Positions 24,324-36,995 of a DNA stretch of 64,000 bases are shown here, in pieces; the first letter of the stretch is position 1, and each line of letters opens with the position of its first letter. The translations under genes and the position numbers were made by a program. The stretch is taken from NCBI RefSeq assembly GCF_006345805.1, contig NC_042999.1:14446001-14510000 (forward strand), written 5' to 3'. The notes under the pieces were generated by a model. That model was not told the DNA's origin and made no database searches. It saw only the letters and a list, made by a program, of their open reading frames with translations. The DNA comes from Octopus sinensis. Lineage: Eukaryota.

Positions 24324-25821
24324 TATACATATATATATATATGTGTGTATGTATGTTACTTATTTATTATGCACTGTATACATATACACATATACATATG
24401 AACAAGTAAGCCTGTTAATTCTATTTGAAGCCCACCTTCACAAAGCCGTTCAGTTTTAGAGGCCAAACAGCACAGATAGTTATTTGTCTTTTCCCCTTTT
24501 TACAATCTGAGGTTTATTTGTCTTCCTTTTACAACCTGAATACCAGGGAAATGACATTGCAAATGTGAGATGTCATCCACGAAACGAGGCCAATGTCAAC
24601 ATATGGTAGCTAGCACCACCAACAATAAGAATGATGATAATAATAATAATAATGATAATGATAATAATAATGCTGTTTGTATCATGAATGTTAAAATAAA
24701 AACAAACCAAAAGAACATCTCCTTATCATTAATAGACTGTTGTTTCTAGCTACCAACACCATCTGCTTGGCATGTAAGATGGTTTTGGGTGATCTTAATT
24801 ATGATTGGAATCTGGAAGAAATTCACTATCTGATCTGTCAAGCATGTAACATGAAAGAACTCAGAGATTTTTTTATTGTTTTAGTTTTTTTTTTATTTAT
24901 TTTACCTTTTCCTCTTTTTTTTTTTTGCTTTTTTTTGCCTTTCTTTCTCCAAAAGAATAACAACTGAATGTTAAAATCCTGTAGTTTCTTGGCATGTGTG
25001 TGTGTGTGCCGCTAAGGATTATGGGTAACATTTCTTTGATCAAACATTTAGATTCTAAACTTAGTAGCATAGCATGTGTGTGTATGCGTGTACATGTGTG
25101 TATATGTGTATGTGTGTTAAGTAGTTTTCTGTTTTTAAGTTATATTTTGATAAACGACTGTCATATGAATGAATGAATTGAAAAATTTTTTATTCTTTTA
25201 ATCCTCATTTTATTTATTTATTCATTTATTTATTTATTTTGTTTGGTATTGAACCATGAAACCCAGTAAAGGTTATTAGTTATAAATTATTTGTACGACA
25301 AACTCCTGCAGTTCCAGTCTGACAACCCAAATTCCACTCACAAAAGCATTAGTCAATTCCAGTCTATAACAGAAGAAATTCCCCCAGGGTGTCTGCCCAG
25401 TGGGACTTGAATCTGGAATCACATGGTCATGAAGCGAGCTGGTTAACCACATAGCAATGCTTATACCTATAGAGTGCTACATTCACTTCAGGTGAACCAT
25501 GTAGCAATGTTTATACTCCACAGAAAGTGAAAACTACTTTAGGTTCTAAAAACAACATCGGCTGTAGCTACATGGAAGTAGCAAATTGGAGCTTATTATA
25601 TACCAAAGACTCGTGACTCATGTGATAGACTGTAGAGTCTGAGTCAGACGAATGAAACCCTTAAAATAACAGCTCTTTGGGGTATCATTTGACTGTAGCA
25701 GTCAAGGTATGACAGCTATGAGTTTAAGGTACTGGACTATCATCTATCGTTTAGTTGTTTCTGTCATTGGATAGTAGGGGTCATTATAATAGCAATAGAA
25801 AAGACAGAGAAGGGTTCCTTA

Positions 25822-26193
25822 CAGGGCTGTCTTAGTGCCATTATAGGACCCTGGGCAAATTAGTACACTGGGCTCTATAGTATTTGTTTATTGACTGTAT
25901 ACCACAGAGTACATAGATCAGAATTGGGCCCCTAGAGTCATGAGGCCCCTGGGCAACTGCCAGTGTGTCTGTTGACCAGGGGTAAAAGAGTATTAATTAG
26001 TAACAGTATGCCAATCAGCTGAGTAACCAAGGCTGTCTTAAAATATGAGCACACTGCCAGTTACCCAGGGCCCCCCTCAAGGGTTTAGGGGCCTAATTCT
26101 GTGCTATTTTGTGACTTACTGTCGATAAATAAATGCTTTAGACCTAGTGCATTTATTTGCTCTGGGTCCTGCAATGGTGCTGAGATGGCCCTG
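25822..26193. mobile_element. hAT-type (CAGGGC termini) MITE with nested internal inverted repeats
   Basis: 39-bp TIRs matching 30/39; second inverted pair at 25919-25969 and 26050-26101; no TSD found. Confidence 0.75.
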
Positions 26194-27157
26194 TGAGAAC
26201 CTTTCTCTAAATGCAGTCCAGGTAGATGAAAATTACAGGTACAAGTCTAGCCTGTAATTTAAATCATGCTGATTCAGTGTGATTATTACATTAAGGATTC
26301 CTGTGTCTGTGGAATACTCAACCACTTATATGGTAATTCAATAAGGCTCTAGTTCGGTTGGTTTGAGATCTGAACATTCATCATGAAAACTGACGTAGAT
26401 CCATTTCCAGTCGTTGTATCATGGCCCTGAGCAAAGCACCAGATTCTGCTGACTGCAGTTTGCCTGAGTGAACTTTAAAATCAGGCTCTATTCTGCTTTT
26501 ACGGTTGAATGGTCTGTAGCAAGAAGGACATTCAGCTGTAAAAATATTCTTTCCCCAAAATAAACTATGAGAACACACATACTCACACAAATGCACAAAG
26601 ACACACACACATGCACACACAAAATAGTGTGGGAAGGAAATAAATATATAAATAATGTAAAACAGTGTTAAAAATAATAAATCAAACTAAACATCCCAAT
26701 ATAGAAATGGTATTTGAATATTTTTGGATGAGTAGGAGAAAGCCCTTATGTGTCTGCAGTTGGAAAAGGATGTGATGTCTAGTGTAAGAATTAGTAAGCC
26801 TTTAATGTGAAGGAGATTAGAAATAGCAACAGGATGATTCGATAAAGACATTTACAAGTTCTTAAACAAGATTTAGTTGTTGCTTTATAGACATCTATTA
26901 ATAGGTGTAAAAGAAGGGTATTATTGTTGAAGATCAAAGTGGTTGGGACTTCAAGTTTTGTCTGTCAGCTTGAAAGGAGGCTGCCAATTCCTCTCTTGTC
27001 ATAAATTTGACTACTCCCTCCAATGCTCTTCTTAGTTCTGCTGCTGCTGATGGTAGAGGTGGCAGCAGTGGTAGTGATGACGAAACGGCTATGATTTGGG
27101 ACTAAAGATTCTGTGTGCTTCTATGACTTTATATGCCACCACAGTAATTTCATTGTG

Positions 27158-27549
27158 TTGTGTGGTAAGTAGCTTGCTTACGAACCACATGGTTCCGGGT
27201 TCGGTCCCACTGTGTGGCACCTTCGGCGAGTGTCTTCTACTATAGCCTCGGGTCAACCAAAGCCTTGTGAGTGGATTTGGTAGATGGAAACTGAAAGAAG
27301 CTCGTCGTATATATGTATATGTGTATATATATATACACATATATATATGTGTATGTGTGTGTGTTTGTGTGTCTGTGTTTGTCCCCCCAACATCGCTTGA
27401 CAACCGATGCTGGTGTATTTACGTCCCCGTAACTTAGCAGTTCAGCAAAAGAGACCGATAGAATAAGCACTAGGCTTACAAAGAATAAGTCCTGGGTGCT
27501 CCAGCATGGCCACAGTTACATGACTGAAACAAGTAAAAGAGTAAAGAGT
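27158..27549 (+). mobile_element. SINE family A, near full length
   Basis: B-box ggttcggtccc, CORE-like gtggcaccttcggcgagtgtctt, internal (TA)/(TG), tail aaaagagtaaagagta. Confidence 0.9.
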
Positions 27550-28084
27550 ATGTGCTTACTCTTGTTTTAGCAGCCAGAAACATCATTGCCAATAGAAGAA
27601 GTGTCCCAGTCTGTCCAAAGTGGAGTTTATCTCTAAAGAGGTCTCTGATATGCTTTGCTGATGTAGCAGGGGTTCTCGACTAGGGTTCATATGACTTTTG
27701 GGTGTCCATGTAAGACTTTGTTGTTAAAATTCTTGTGCAATAACTTGGTTATACTCTGACAATACACAACATTTTTTAAACAATTTCTTTTATACAATTC
27801 CTTATATTTAATTATAAAAATATAATAGGACCAGGTTCCTGTTATCTGTTTTGACATGATTTCTATGGCTGGATGCCCTTCCTAACACCAACTATTTAAC
27901 GGCATGGACTGGGTACTCTTTACATGTCACCAACAAAAGCAAGGAAAATACAAACTCATTCTTACACACTCACATATGTTTTCATCTACCAAATCCATTG
28001 ACATAGTTTGGGTTGGCCCATGGTTACAGTAGAAAACACATGCCCAAGGTGCAATGCAATGGGACTGAACCTGAAACCACATAG

Positions 28085-28489
28085 GCGCAGGAGTGGCTGT
28101 GTGGTAAGTAGCTTGCTAACCAACCACATGGTTCCGGGTTCAGTCCCACTGCGTGGCATCTTGGGCAAGTGTCTTCTGCTATAGCCCCGGGCCGACCAAT
28201 GCCTTGTGAGTGGATTTGGTAGACGGAAACTGAAAGAAGCCTGTCGTATATATGTATATATGTATATATATGTATGTGTGTGTGTGTTTGTGTGTCTGTG
28301 TTTGTCCCCCTAGCATTGCTTGACAACCGATGCTGGTGTGTTTACATCCCCGTCACTTAGTGGTTCGGCAAAAGAGACCGATAGAATAAGTACTGGGCTT
28401 ACAAAGAATAAGTCCCGGGGTCGATTTGCTCGACTAAAGGCGGTGCTCCAGCATGGCCACAGTCAAATGACTGAAACAAGTAAAAGAGT
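28085..28489 (+). mobile_element. SINE family A, full-length young copy inserted antiparallel into an older family A copy
   Basis: A-box TGGCTGTGTGG at 28094, B-box GGTTCAGTCCC at 28137; the older minus copy is at 27985-28080 and resumes at 28490-28535. Confidence 0.9.
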
Positions 28490-29429
28490 ATAGTTGGAAA
28501 GCAAACTTCTTAATCACACTGCCATGCCGGCACACGTATTGGTAATTAATAATTCAATTAAACCTAGGAAAGCAACAGACTAAATGAATTTTGACTTCGT
28601 TATGAACTGTTGAAAATGAATTAGTTTAATGTCTGTTGAACAATCACTCTGATAACATTCTGCCTGGTTGTTTAAATGATGTTAAATTTGACTGACGAAG
28701 ATGAAAAATTAAACCTGTCACAACTAAGCCATCTTTTTTCATGGTTCCGTACTCCGAGAGATTATGTGGTAAAAACATTCTGTAAATAATCCCTTTATTC
28801 AATTAATACACATGCACAAAACTCATGGTGTTCTTGTGCATGCGCATATCTGTCTGCACTTGCATTTGTTTTGTGTGTGTGTGTTAGGGAGCGTGTATGC
28901 AAATTTTACTGATCTCACTAATTTTATCTCTCTTCTTTGCACAAACATGCGTATGTACAATTTTATTTAAATATATCTATGCAAATGCTATCAGAAAGAA
29001 CAATAATGATGGTGGTAGTAGTAATTACAATAATAGTAGTAGTAGTAATAATAATAATAACGATAATATTTAACAATATTTACAATAATTGCAATAATAT
29101 CTATGATAATAATTATAGAAGTATTTGTAATAATGATTCTTTTGTTTACCATTGAGAGGAAAGACAAAGAAATTTGGGAAGAGTAAAATACAATGCGCAC
29201 ATGTTATAATTATGGTTATGAAGAGATGTTGATAATGATTAAAACTGAATGGTTTTCGGTATCAGGCGTAAATGTGAGAAAGATATTACAGGCTGATAAA
29301 TAAAATGGCTACTAGAAAATATCAGTGTTTGAATAAATAAATATAGGAAATATATAGCATTTAAATATTTATTATATGTACACGCATAAGGGGTGCGTGC
29401 GTGGAAGAGGGGAAATGTTGAGTAATTGT

Positions 29430-29712
29430 GTCATCATCATCATCATCATCATCGTTTAGCATCCGCTTTCCATGCTGGCATGGGTTGGATGGTGCTACTG
29501 GGGTCTGGGAAGCCAGAAGGCTGCACCAGGCTCCAGTCTGATCTGGCAATGTTTCTACAGCTGGATGCCCTTCCTAACACCAACCACTCAATGAGTGTAG
29601 TGGGTGCTTTTTACGTGCTACCGGCACAGGTGCCAGACGAGGCTGGCAAACGACCACGGTCGAATGGTGCTTTTTACGTGCAACCGGCACGGAGGCCAGG
29701 TGAGGCTGGCAT
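29430..29712 (-). mobile_element. SINE family C (2 internal units)
   Basis: Core plus two tttttacgtgc.accggcac units. Confidence 0.9.
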
Positions 29713-30361
29713 AGATTAATATCAGGTAACTGACACAAGCATGGCTGTGTGATGAAGATGCTTGCTTCCCAGCCTTGTGGCTTTAAATTCAGTCCTACAA
29801 CATAAATGGAAACACATATATGACTCACATGCATGCATATACACAAATATGACAGGCTTCTTTCATTTTCCATCTACCATGCCCACTTACGAGGCTTCGA
29901 TCAGCTCAGTGCTATTTTAGAAAACACTTGCCCAATGGTGCCACACAGTGAGACTGAACCCCAAATCACATGGATGGAAAGAAACTTCTCAACCACACAG
30001 CTATGCTTATACCTTTATTCAATATTATAATTTCCTGTTCCCTTGTCTTTCATTTAATTTCTTATGTTCTGCACTCAACTGAAGCATTTTAGCATCACTA
30101 TATTTAAGTGAAACATATCATCATACATTCGGTTTTCCATGCAGGCATGGGTTTCGTGGTTTAACAGGAGCTGATAAGGCCAGAAGCTATATCAGGCTCC
30201 ATTGTCTGTTTGGCTTGATTTCACGCTTTACAGAGTGAACTGGATGCTTTTTATATGGCACCAGCACCAACTGGATCACCAAGTACTTTGCAAGACCCAT
30301 ATATTTATATATATCTAATCTATCTATATATATATAGAGATAGATAGATAGATAGATATAC

Positions 30362-30580
30362 ATACAAAATTTAGAGGAATGACCACTAAAGTGGACACCC
30401 TATATGCTAAACATAGACATCAAATTGTCATTACCATGAAGAAATTCGGTGTCCACTTTAGTGGTCATTCCTCTAAATTTTGTATATATCACAGTTTTTA
30501 ATCTTCGGATTTTTTAAATATGCTAAGCCACTGGTTCTAATTGATTAACATCAATTTCTACCCTTATTATTTAATTATAT
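30362..30580. repeat. Fold-back element: perfect 38-bp inverted arms plus a flank related to 11735-11845
   Basis: Arms 30362-30399 and 30448-30485; reverse complement of 30490-30580 shares agggt.gaaa.ttg.t.ttaat and accagtgg..tagcatat with 11760-11820. Confidence 0.9.
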
Positions 30581-30629
30581 ATATATTACCAATGCCAGCA
30601 TGGACAACAAACATTAAATAACGATGATG

Positions 30630-30667
<38 letters not shown>

Positions 30668-30744
30668 AAATATTAGGGAATAAATCCAAATTTACAGGGA
30701 AAAATCAGATTTAGGATTGAATCCAATTTTATAGTAAAATATTA

Positions 30745-30812
30745 TATAATATTAATTAGAGACCACTATTTTGATTTACAAAATAGTGGTTTTGTCTCTA
30801 ATTAATATTATA
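30745..30812. repeat. 29-bp inverted repeat hairpin (4-nt bulge) abutting (TA)n
   Basis: tataatattaattagagaccactattttg ATTTA caaaatagtgg(tttt)gtctctaattaatattata. Confidence 0.9.
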
Positions 30813-30899
30813 TATATATATAGAGAGAGAGAGAGACACACACAGACAGAAGCATGTATTGATAAATACTTGTATATATGTGTGTGTGGTGTGTGTATA

Positions 30900-31280
30900 C
30901 ATCATCATCATCATCATTTAACGTCCGCTTTCCATGCTGGCATGAGTTGGACGGTTCAACTGGGGTCTGGGAAGCCAGAAGGCTGCACCAGGCCCAGTCT
31001 GATCTGGCAGTGTTTCTACAGCTGGATGCTCTTCTGAATGCCAACCACTCCGTGAGTGTAGTGGGTGCTTTTTACGTGCCACCGGCAAAGGTGCCAGACG
31101 AGGCTGGCAAACGGCCATGATCAGATGGTGCTTTTTACGTGCCACCGGCACAGGGACCAGACAAACATGGCAACGGCCATGATCGGATGGTGCTTTTTAC
31201 GTGCCACCGGCATGGAGGCCAGTCGGGCGGCGCTGGCTACGGCCACGTTCGGATGGTTCTCTTACATGCAGCCGGCACTG
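30900..31280 (-). mobile_element. SINE family C (4 internal units)
   Basis: tttttacgtgccaccggc three times plus one degenerate unit. Confidence 0.9.
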
Positions 31281-31341
31281 GTATCACAGCTACAAATTCC
31301 ATTGATGTTGATAGATTACGATTTTGATTTTCACTTGCATA

Positions 31342-31373
<32 letters not shown>

Positions 31374-31727
31374 TTTGTATGTAAGTACATGCACTTATAC
31401 ATATATGTGTGAGTGTATCGGCGAGGGATGGCATGTTCATGTGCTGCTTTCAAGAATAAGAATGCTTTGTTGTATATGTTCCTTTCCGGTTACCTCCCTT
31501 TGTACTTTAGTTGACTTTTTCTCTTTTTTTTCTTTTACAAAGCTGATAAAATGAATATCAAATATTACAGTTGAGTGAATATAAGCAGTTAAAAATCTTT
31601 TTGAAGGCAGAACTCAAGCATGACAGCAGTCAAATAACTGAAACTAATTAAAGAATATATAAATTTTTGTATACTTCTTTATATATATATATATATGTGT
31701 GTGTGTGTATGTTTATATGTATGTGTG

Positions 31728-31774
<47 letters not shown>

Positions 31775-32683
31775 GTGTATATAGATGTGTATACAGATAC
31801 TGTGCAAATGTTCATGTGTACATACATATACACGTGTATATATATGTATATATGAATGTATATATACATGTACATTTGTGTGTGTATACATATATAAATG
31901 TACATGTATGTGTGTATATATATATATATGAATGTATATATGTGTGTGTGTGCGTGCATACACACACATACGTACAAGATTTAGGAATGTGATCAGATAA
32001 GGAAATGTTGTAGTAGTAACTAATAAACTCTCCCTAGATGCAAGCAGTACTGTTATTTTCCATTTATATATTCAATAATTAAATGTGTGCATATATACAT
32101 ATATTTGTATGCATACAGCTGTATATAGATATAATAATATAGTCTATTCTTATATTGTATATTAAATTTCATTGCGGTACCCCAGAATGGCCTCGGCCTA
32201 TGGCTGAAACCAATAAAAGAATGAAATTAAGATATTTTATATTTAAATAATGATAGTTCTTTAAATCGTATGGCAGAATAACTCACTCAAGACACCTTTC
32301 TCTCAATGAAAGAAATAAATAAATACATTCCTTTGGGTAAACAATAAAATCACACAGATTAGACATGACAAAGCCTATTTATTACAGCCTGAAATTGGCT
32401 TAAGTTTTATTGTTTTATAATAGATGGAGTTTTCGCTAGGGTTTTGCTGAAGTCAGTTCCAAATTGTTGTGTACCAAATTAGCTATATATGTTGCGTGTT
32501 ACAAGGAGAATTTCTACATGTGTGCCAATGTTTTTATAACAGGACAGATATCTAGACTAGATCTTTGTGAAGAAAAAAGAAGAAGCTGGCCAACAGTCGA
32601 AGCGTAGGCTGTTGGCAGTTTGTATGAGACATTGTATTTGTATGATGTCTGTAAGAGATGGATGTAGCCAGCCACATCTGTAA

Positions 32684-33091
32684 CCCTTCAGCACTCAGAT
32701 TGGTCTGTTGAGTGTAATACTTATTTATTCACATTGTTTTGAATTTATTATGCTTTGTCTCCTAACTTTGAGACTTCGATGTGGTGATGGTTTGTTTTTG
32801 GAATGACATTGCAGGGTAGGTACAAGAAGCTGGATCTGCCCAGTTTGAACATAAAAGAAGTAAGATATTTTGGCCAGATCTGGTTGGCTTCAATGCTAAA
32901 GGGTTAACCCTTTCATTACCAACCCGGCTGAAACCACCTCTGGCTTTGTAGTACAAATGTCTTGTTTTCATCAGTTTTGAATTAGTCATAATTTATGTTC
33001 TTAACACTAAGTTATTTTACTATAGTCTTTGTTGTATTTAAAGTAATTGAAACAAACAGAGTATCTTCACAGAAATACGGTAACAAAAGGG
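32684..33091. mobile_element. Two different piggyBac-type MITEs in tandem sharing one TTAA
   Basis: gtaa|CCCTT 32684...AAGGG 32903|TTAA|CCCTT 32908...AAGGG 33091|TTAA; TIR matches 10/12 and 11/13. Confidence 0.85.
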
Positions 33092-33224
33092 TTAAACTAG
33101 CACAGTGTGAAGGTTTCCGGATAGCACTAAGCTAGCATAATGGGAAGGGTTTTGGATTGCATTAACAAAGAAGAGTGGTTGGCAGTGGTTGAATTCTTGG
33201 CAGTCCTTATGTGGTGTTGTACAC

Positions 33225-33480
33225 AATCATCATCATTCTCATCATCGTTTAACGTTCATTTTCCATACTGGCATGGGTTGGACGATTTGACTGGGGACTG
33301 GCAAGCCAGGAGGCCACACCAGGCTCCAATCTGATCTGGTAATGTTTCTACAGCTGGATGCCCTTCTTAACACCAACCACTCCGAGAGTGTAGTAGGTGC
33401 TTTTTACATGCCACCAGTACAGGAGCCAGTCAGGTGGCACTGGCATCAGCCACGTTCAGGTGGTACTTTTTATGTGCTGT
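33225..33480 (-). mobile_element. SINE family C
   Basis: Core ctacagctggatgcccttcttaacaccaacc. Confidence 0.85.
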
Positions 33481-33481
33481 C

Positions 33482-33560
<79 letters not shown>

Positions 33561-33768
33561 GCATCCATAAGTCTTGAGAGGCCATGGATCTGTGCCCCAA
33601 AAAACCATATCAGCTGCTGATGGTGGTCAGCATCTGTTGTAGCTGCTCAGGCCCACAGTGGAGTGGCAGTCAGACATATAATGACCACATTTGAAAGAGC
33701 TCTCTGCCAGTGCTACTGATTTTTCCTTCCATTGAATGTGCTTTTCTTTGATGGTGAGTTCCTGTTTT

Positions 33769-33813
<45 letters not shown>

Positions 33814-33889
33814 TATATATATAAGTGGGGTGTGTTTGTGTGTGTACATGTAAATATATATTTGTTCACAGAGAGTGCTCTGCACTTCA

Positions 33890-34110
33890 CTATTTTTTCA
33901 GCACACTCACCTCCCTTAATTGCTGATTAGGTCACTTCAGTAACAGAAGCTGCTGACTCCTTATCTGCGCAAGCATTTGAAAGAACATATTTCATTGGTG
34001 CTTTGATTGTTAACTACTCCTGTACATCTGCCACATGCAAAGTTTTTCACTATCACCTTGCCATTGATCTCATTGCATCTCTTATGTACCATGTGGCATA
34101 CACTGTATGG
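33890..34110 (-). pseudogene. RTE-type LINE fragment with a PHD-like Cys/His segment
   Basis: Minus strand HKRCNEINGKVIVKNFACGRCTG...VSSFCY*SDLIS, resembling a PHD tail followed by the RT FCYLG motif; stops present. Confidence 0.6.
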
Positions 34111-34535
34111 GGTCTCCATCTACTTTGTTTTGTGTATCAAACCTGTCTACTTCTGGAAGACAACTGAATTCTGTCTTCTCTATTGATGTCTAAAAATCTT
34201 TCAACATCATCACCATCATCTTTATCCTTTAACGTTCACATTTATCCATGCTTGTATGATCAGAGGAAATTTGTTAAATCAGGTTTTCTACAGCCTGATA
34301 TCCTTCTCATCACCAACCCTCACCTGTTTCCAAGCAAGGTAATATTTCCCTGTGACCACATGTCTTTTTCATAAGAAACTGGAAATGAACAACCTCACTT
34401 GTATAACAATGATGCTCATTCACAACTATTATATGATGCCTAGACAAGGGTGCACACACACACATATAATGGGCTTCCTACAGTTAATATCTATTAGATT
34501 CATTCACAAGGCTATGGTAGGCCTAGGGCTATAAT

Positions 34536-34769
34536 ATATTTCTTTACTACCCACAAGGGGTTAAACACAGAGGGGACAAACAAGGACAGACAAACAGATT
34601 AAGTCGATTACATCGACCCCAGTGCGTAACTGGTACTTAATTTATCGACCCCGAAAGGATGAAAGGCAAAGTCGACCTCGGCGGAATTTGAACTCAGAAC
34701 GTAGCGGCAGACAAAATATGGCTACGCATTTCCCCTGGATTGCTAACGTTTCTGCCAGCTCGCCACCTT
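34536..34769 (-). mobile_element. Family B SINE inserted into a family A SINE, 8-bp TSD
   Basis: GCTATAAT at 34528-34535 and 34770-34777; the host A sequence is continuous across the insert. Confidence 0.9.
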
Positions 34770-35027
34770 GCTATAATAGAAGACACTTGTCCAAGGTGCT
34801 GCACAGTAGGACTGAACCCAAGACTGCTTGATGTGGAAGCAAGCTCCTTAACAAAACAGCCCTACCTGCACCTATATTTCTATGTAAAAGCCTTTATCTT
34901 CACCAAATTTACTTCTAAACCCCATTCGTTCACATCTGCAATGAGACATGTTGTAGTTAGATATAATTGACTTTGCACGTACTATATACAATTATGCTTG
35001 CACCTGTGTACAAGTGTGCATTCACAA

Positions 35028-35063
<36 letters not shown>

Positions 35064-36197
35064 GTCTATACACATATGAAAGGCTAAGAAATATATTCAC
35101 AGACTACATTATAGTACCATTAGAATTTCTTTGTAAATTACTCCCTCGCCCCACCCTTTCTCCCCACTCAAAAATTTAACTATTGCTTTGACAGTTTCTT
35201 CTTTGAATTGAATTTAAATTACACTCAACACAGTTCTTGTATTTGCCATTTATTCTTTTGTTATTTTTCTCTAGCACTATCATCTAGTCTCAACATATCA
35301 ATGATAATAAGCTGGCAGATTTCTTCCTTCAGTATCACATTACCATATTTTTTGTTACTGCCATCCTTTTCTTCTTCTTCTTCAGTACACCAGATTCTTC
35401 TAACTGTCTTATTTATACACTGTTGCATTATTAATATATTCTGGTGCTGATGTCAGAACCAGACACTCTCTCTCTCGCTGACGTCAGTTAGTAGAAGATA
35501 TTATTCTAGTACCAATGTCGCCCAGGTGCTAACAGCTATATTTTACTTATTCATTTCTTGAATTTCTTTGTTCACCAATGCACACCTTTATTTCATTTGC
35601 ATTTACATAGTTTTATCATACTGAAAATAGAGAAAACATTATTATCATCTATCTCTAAGACTCTCCATGTGTGACCGACTGATTTCAAATATATTCATAA
35701 TACAATTGCTCAGATAACATGTTTTTATTATAGACATTTGGAAAAGAGAACGTACAAAAAAAATTGAATAAATACAGCTAGGCACAGGTAACCATGTGGC
35801 TGTGTGGTAAGAAATTTTCTTTCTCAGCCACATGGTTCTGAGTTTAGTTCCACTGCATGGCACCTTGGGCAATTGTCTTCTTCCATATCCTTAGACTGAC
35901 TGAAGCTTGTAAATAGATTTGGTCGATGGAAACTGAAAGAAGCTCAATATGCATATACAAGTTTGGCCAAAAGTCACCTGACAGTAAATCAAAATTCCAT
36001 AAATACTTAATATGCAATTTTATTTATTCATTCCAATTATGAATGTTTAATAATTCAATGCTGTGAGTTAAAATCACCGCTTTTTGTTTTTTTCAACATT
36101 TGTCTATTTATTAGCAAAGTCTCATAAAATAATTTTTTGTTTTAATCTTAGTATTAGATGGGTTTTGATTTCTTGTCAGGTGACTTCTGGCCAACCC

Positions 36198-36217
36198 TGT
36201 GTGTGTGTATGTATGTA

Positions 36218-36250
<33 letters not shown>

Positions 36251-36959
36251 GTGTGTGTATATATATAGTGTGTGTGTGTATATATATATATGTGTGTGTG
36301 TGTATATATATATGTGTGTGTGTGTATATATATATGTGTGTGTGTGTATATATATATGTGTGTGTGTGTATATATATATGTGTGTGTGTGTGTATATATA
36401 TATGTGTGTGTGTATGTGTATATATATATATATATGTGTGTGTGTGTATATATATATGTTTGTGTGTGTGTGTGTATATATATGTGTGTGTATATATATA
36501 TATTATATATATATATATATTATATATATATATATGGTAGTTGTCTATAATTCTTATTACCATAATCCATATGTTATAGAGTTGTTCCTTCAATTACAGG
36601 TGTAGTCTGTCTTGATAAATCTCCACCCTGTTTCCATCTGTCCCATCTACCCAGTTTAACTGTCAGGGTGTAGGTTGAGTTGAGACTATGATAAATGACA
36701 CTTGTGCCAGATGCCACTTAGTGGGATTGAACTCACAACATTTGGATGACAAAGCAAACTAAATGGCAGCCTGGCTATGCCTATGTGTGCATCTCACATG
36801 TACACACACACACCACACATATATATACACCACACACATACCACACACACATACACCACACACATATACACCACACATACACATACACACACACCACATG
36901 CTACACATACACATACATCACAGACATACACCACACACACACACATACACACACACACA

Positions 36960-36993
<34 letters not shown>

Positions 36994-36995
36994 AC
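36198..36995. repeat. (TG)n(TA)m higher-order minisatellite (36198-36535) and CA-rich tract (36790-36995)
   Basis: Repeating gtgtgtgtgtatatatatat units of about 20-22 bp. Confidence 0.95.
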
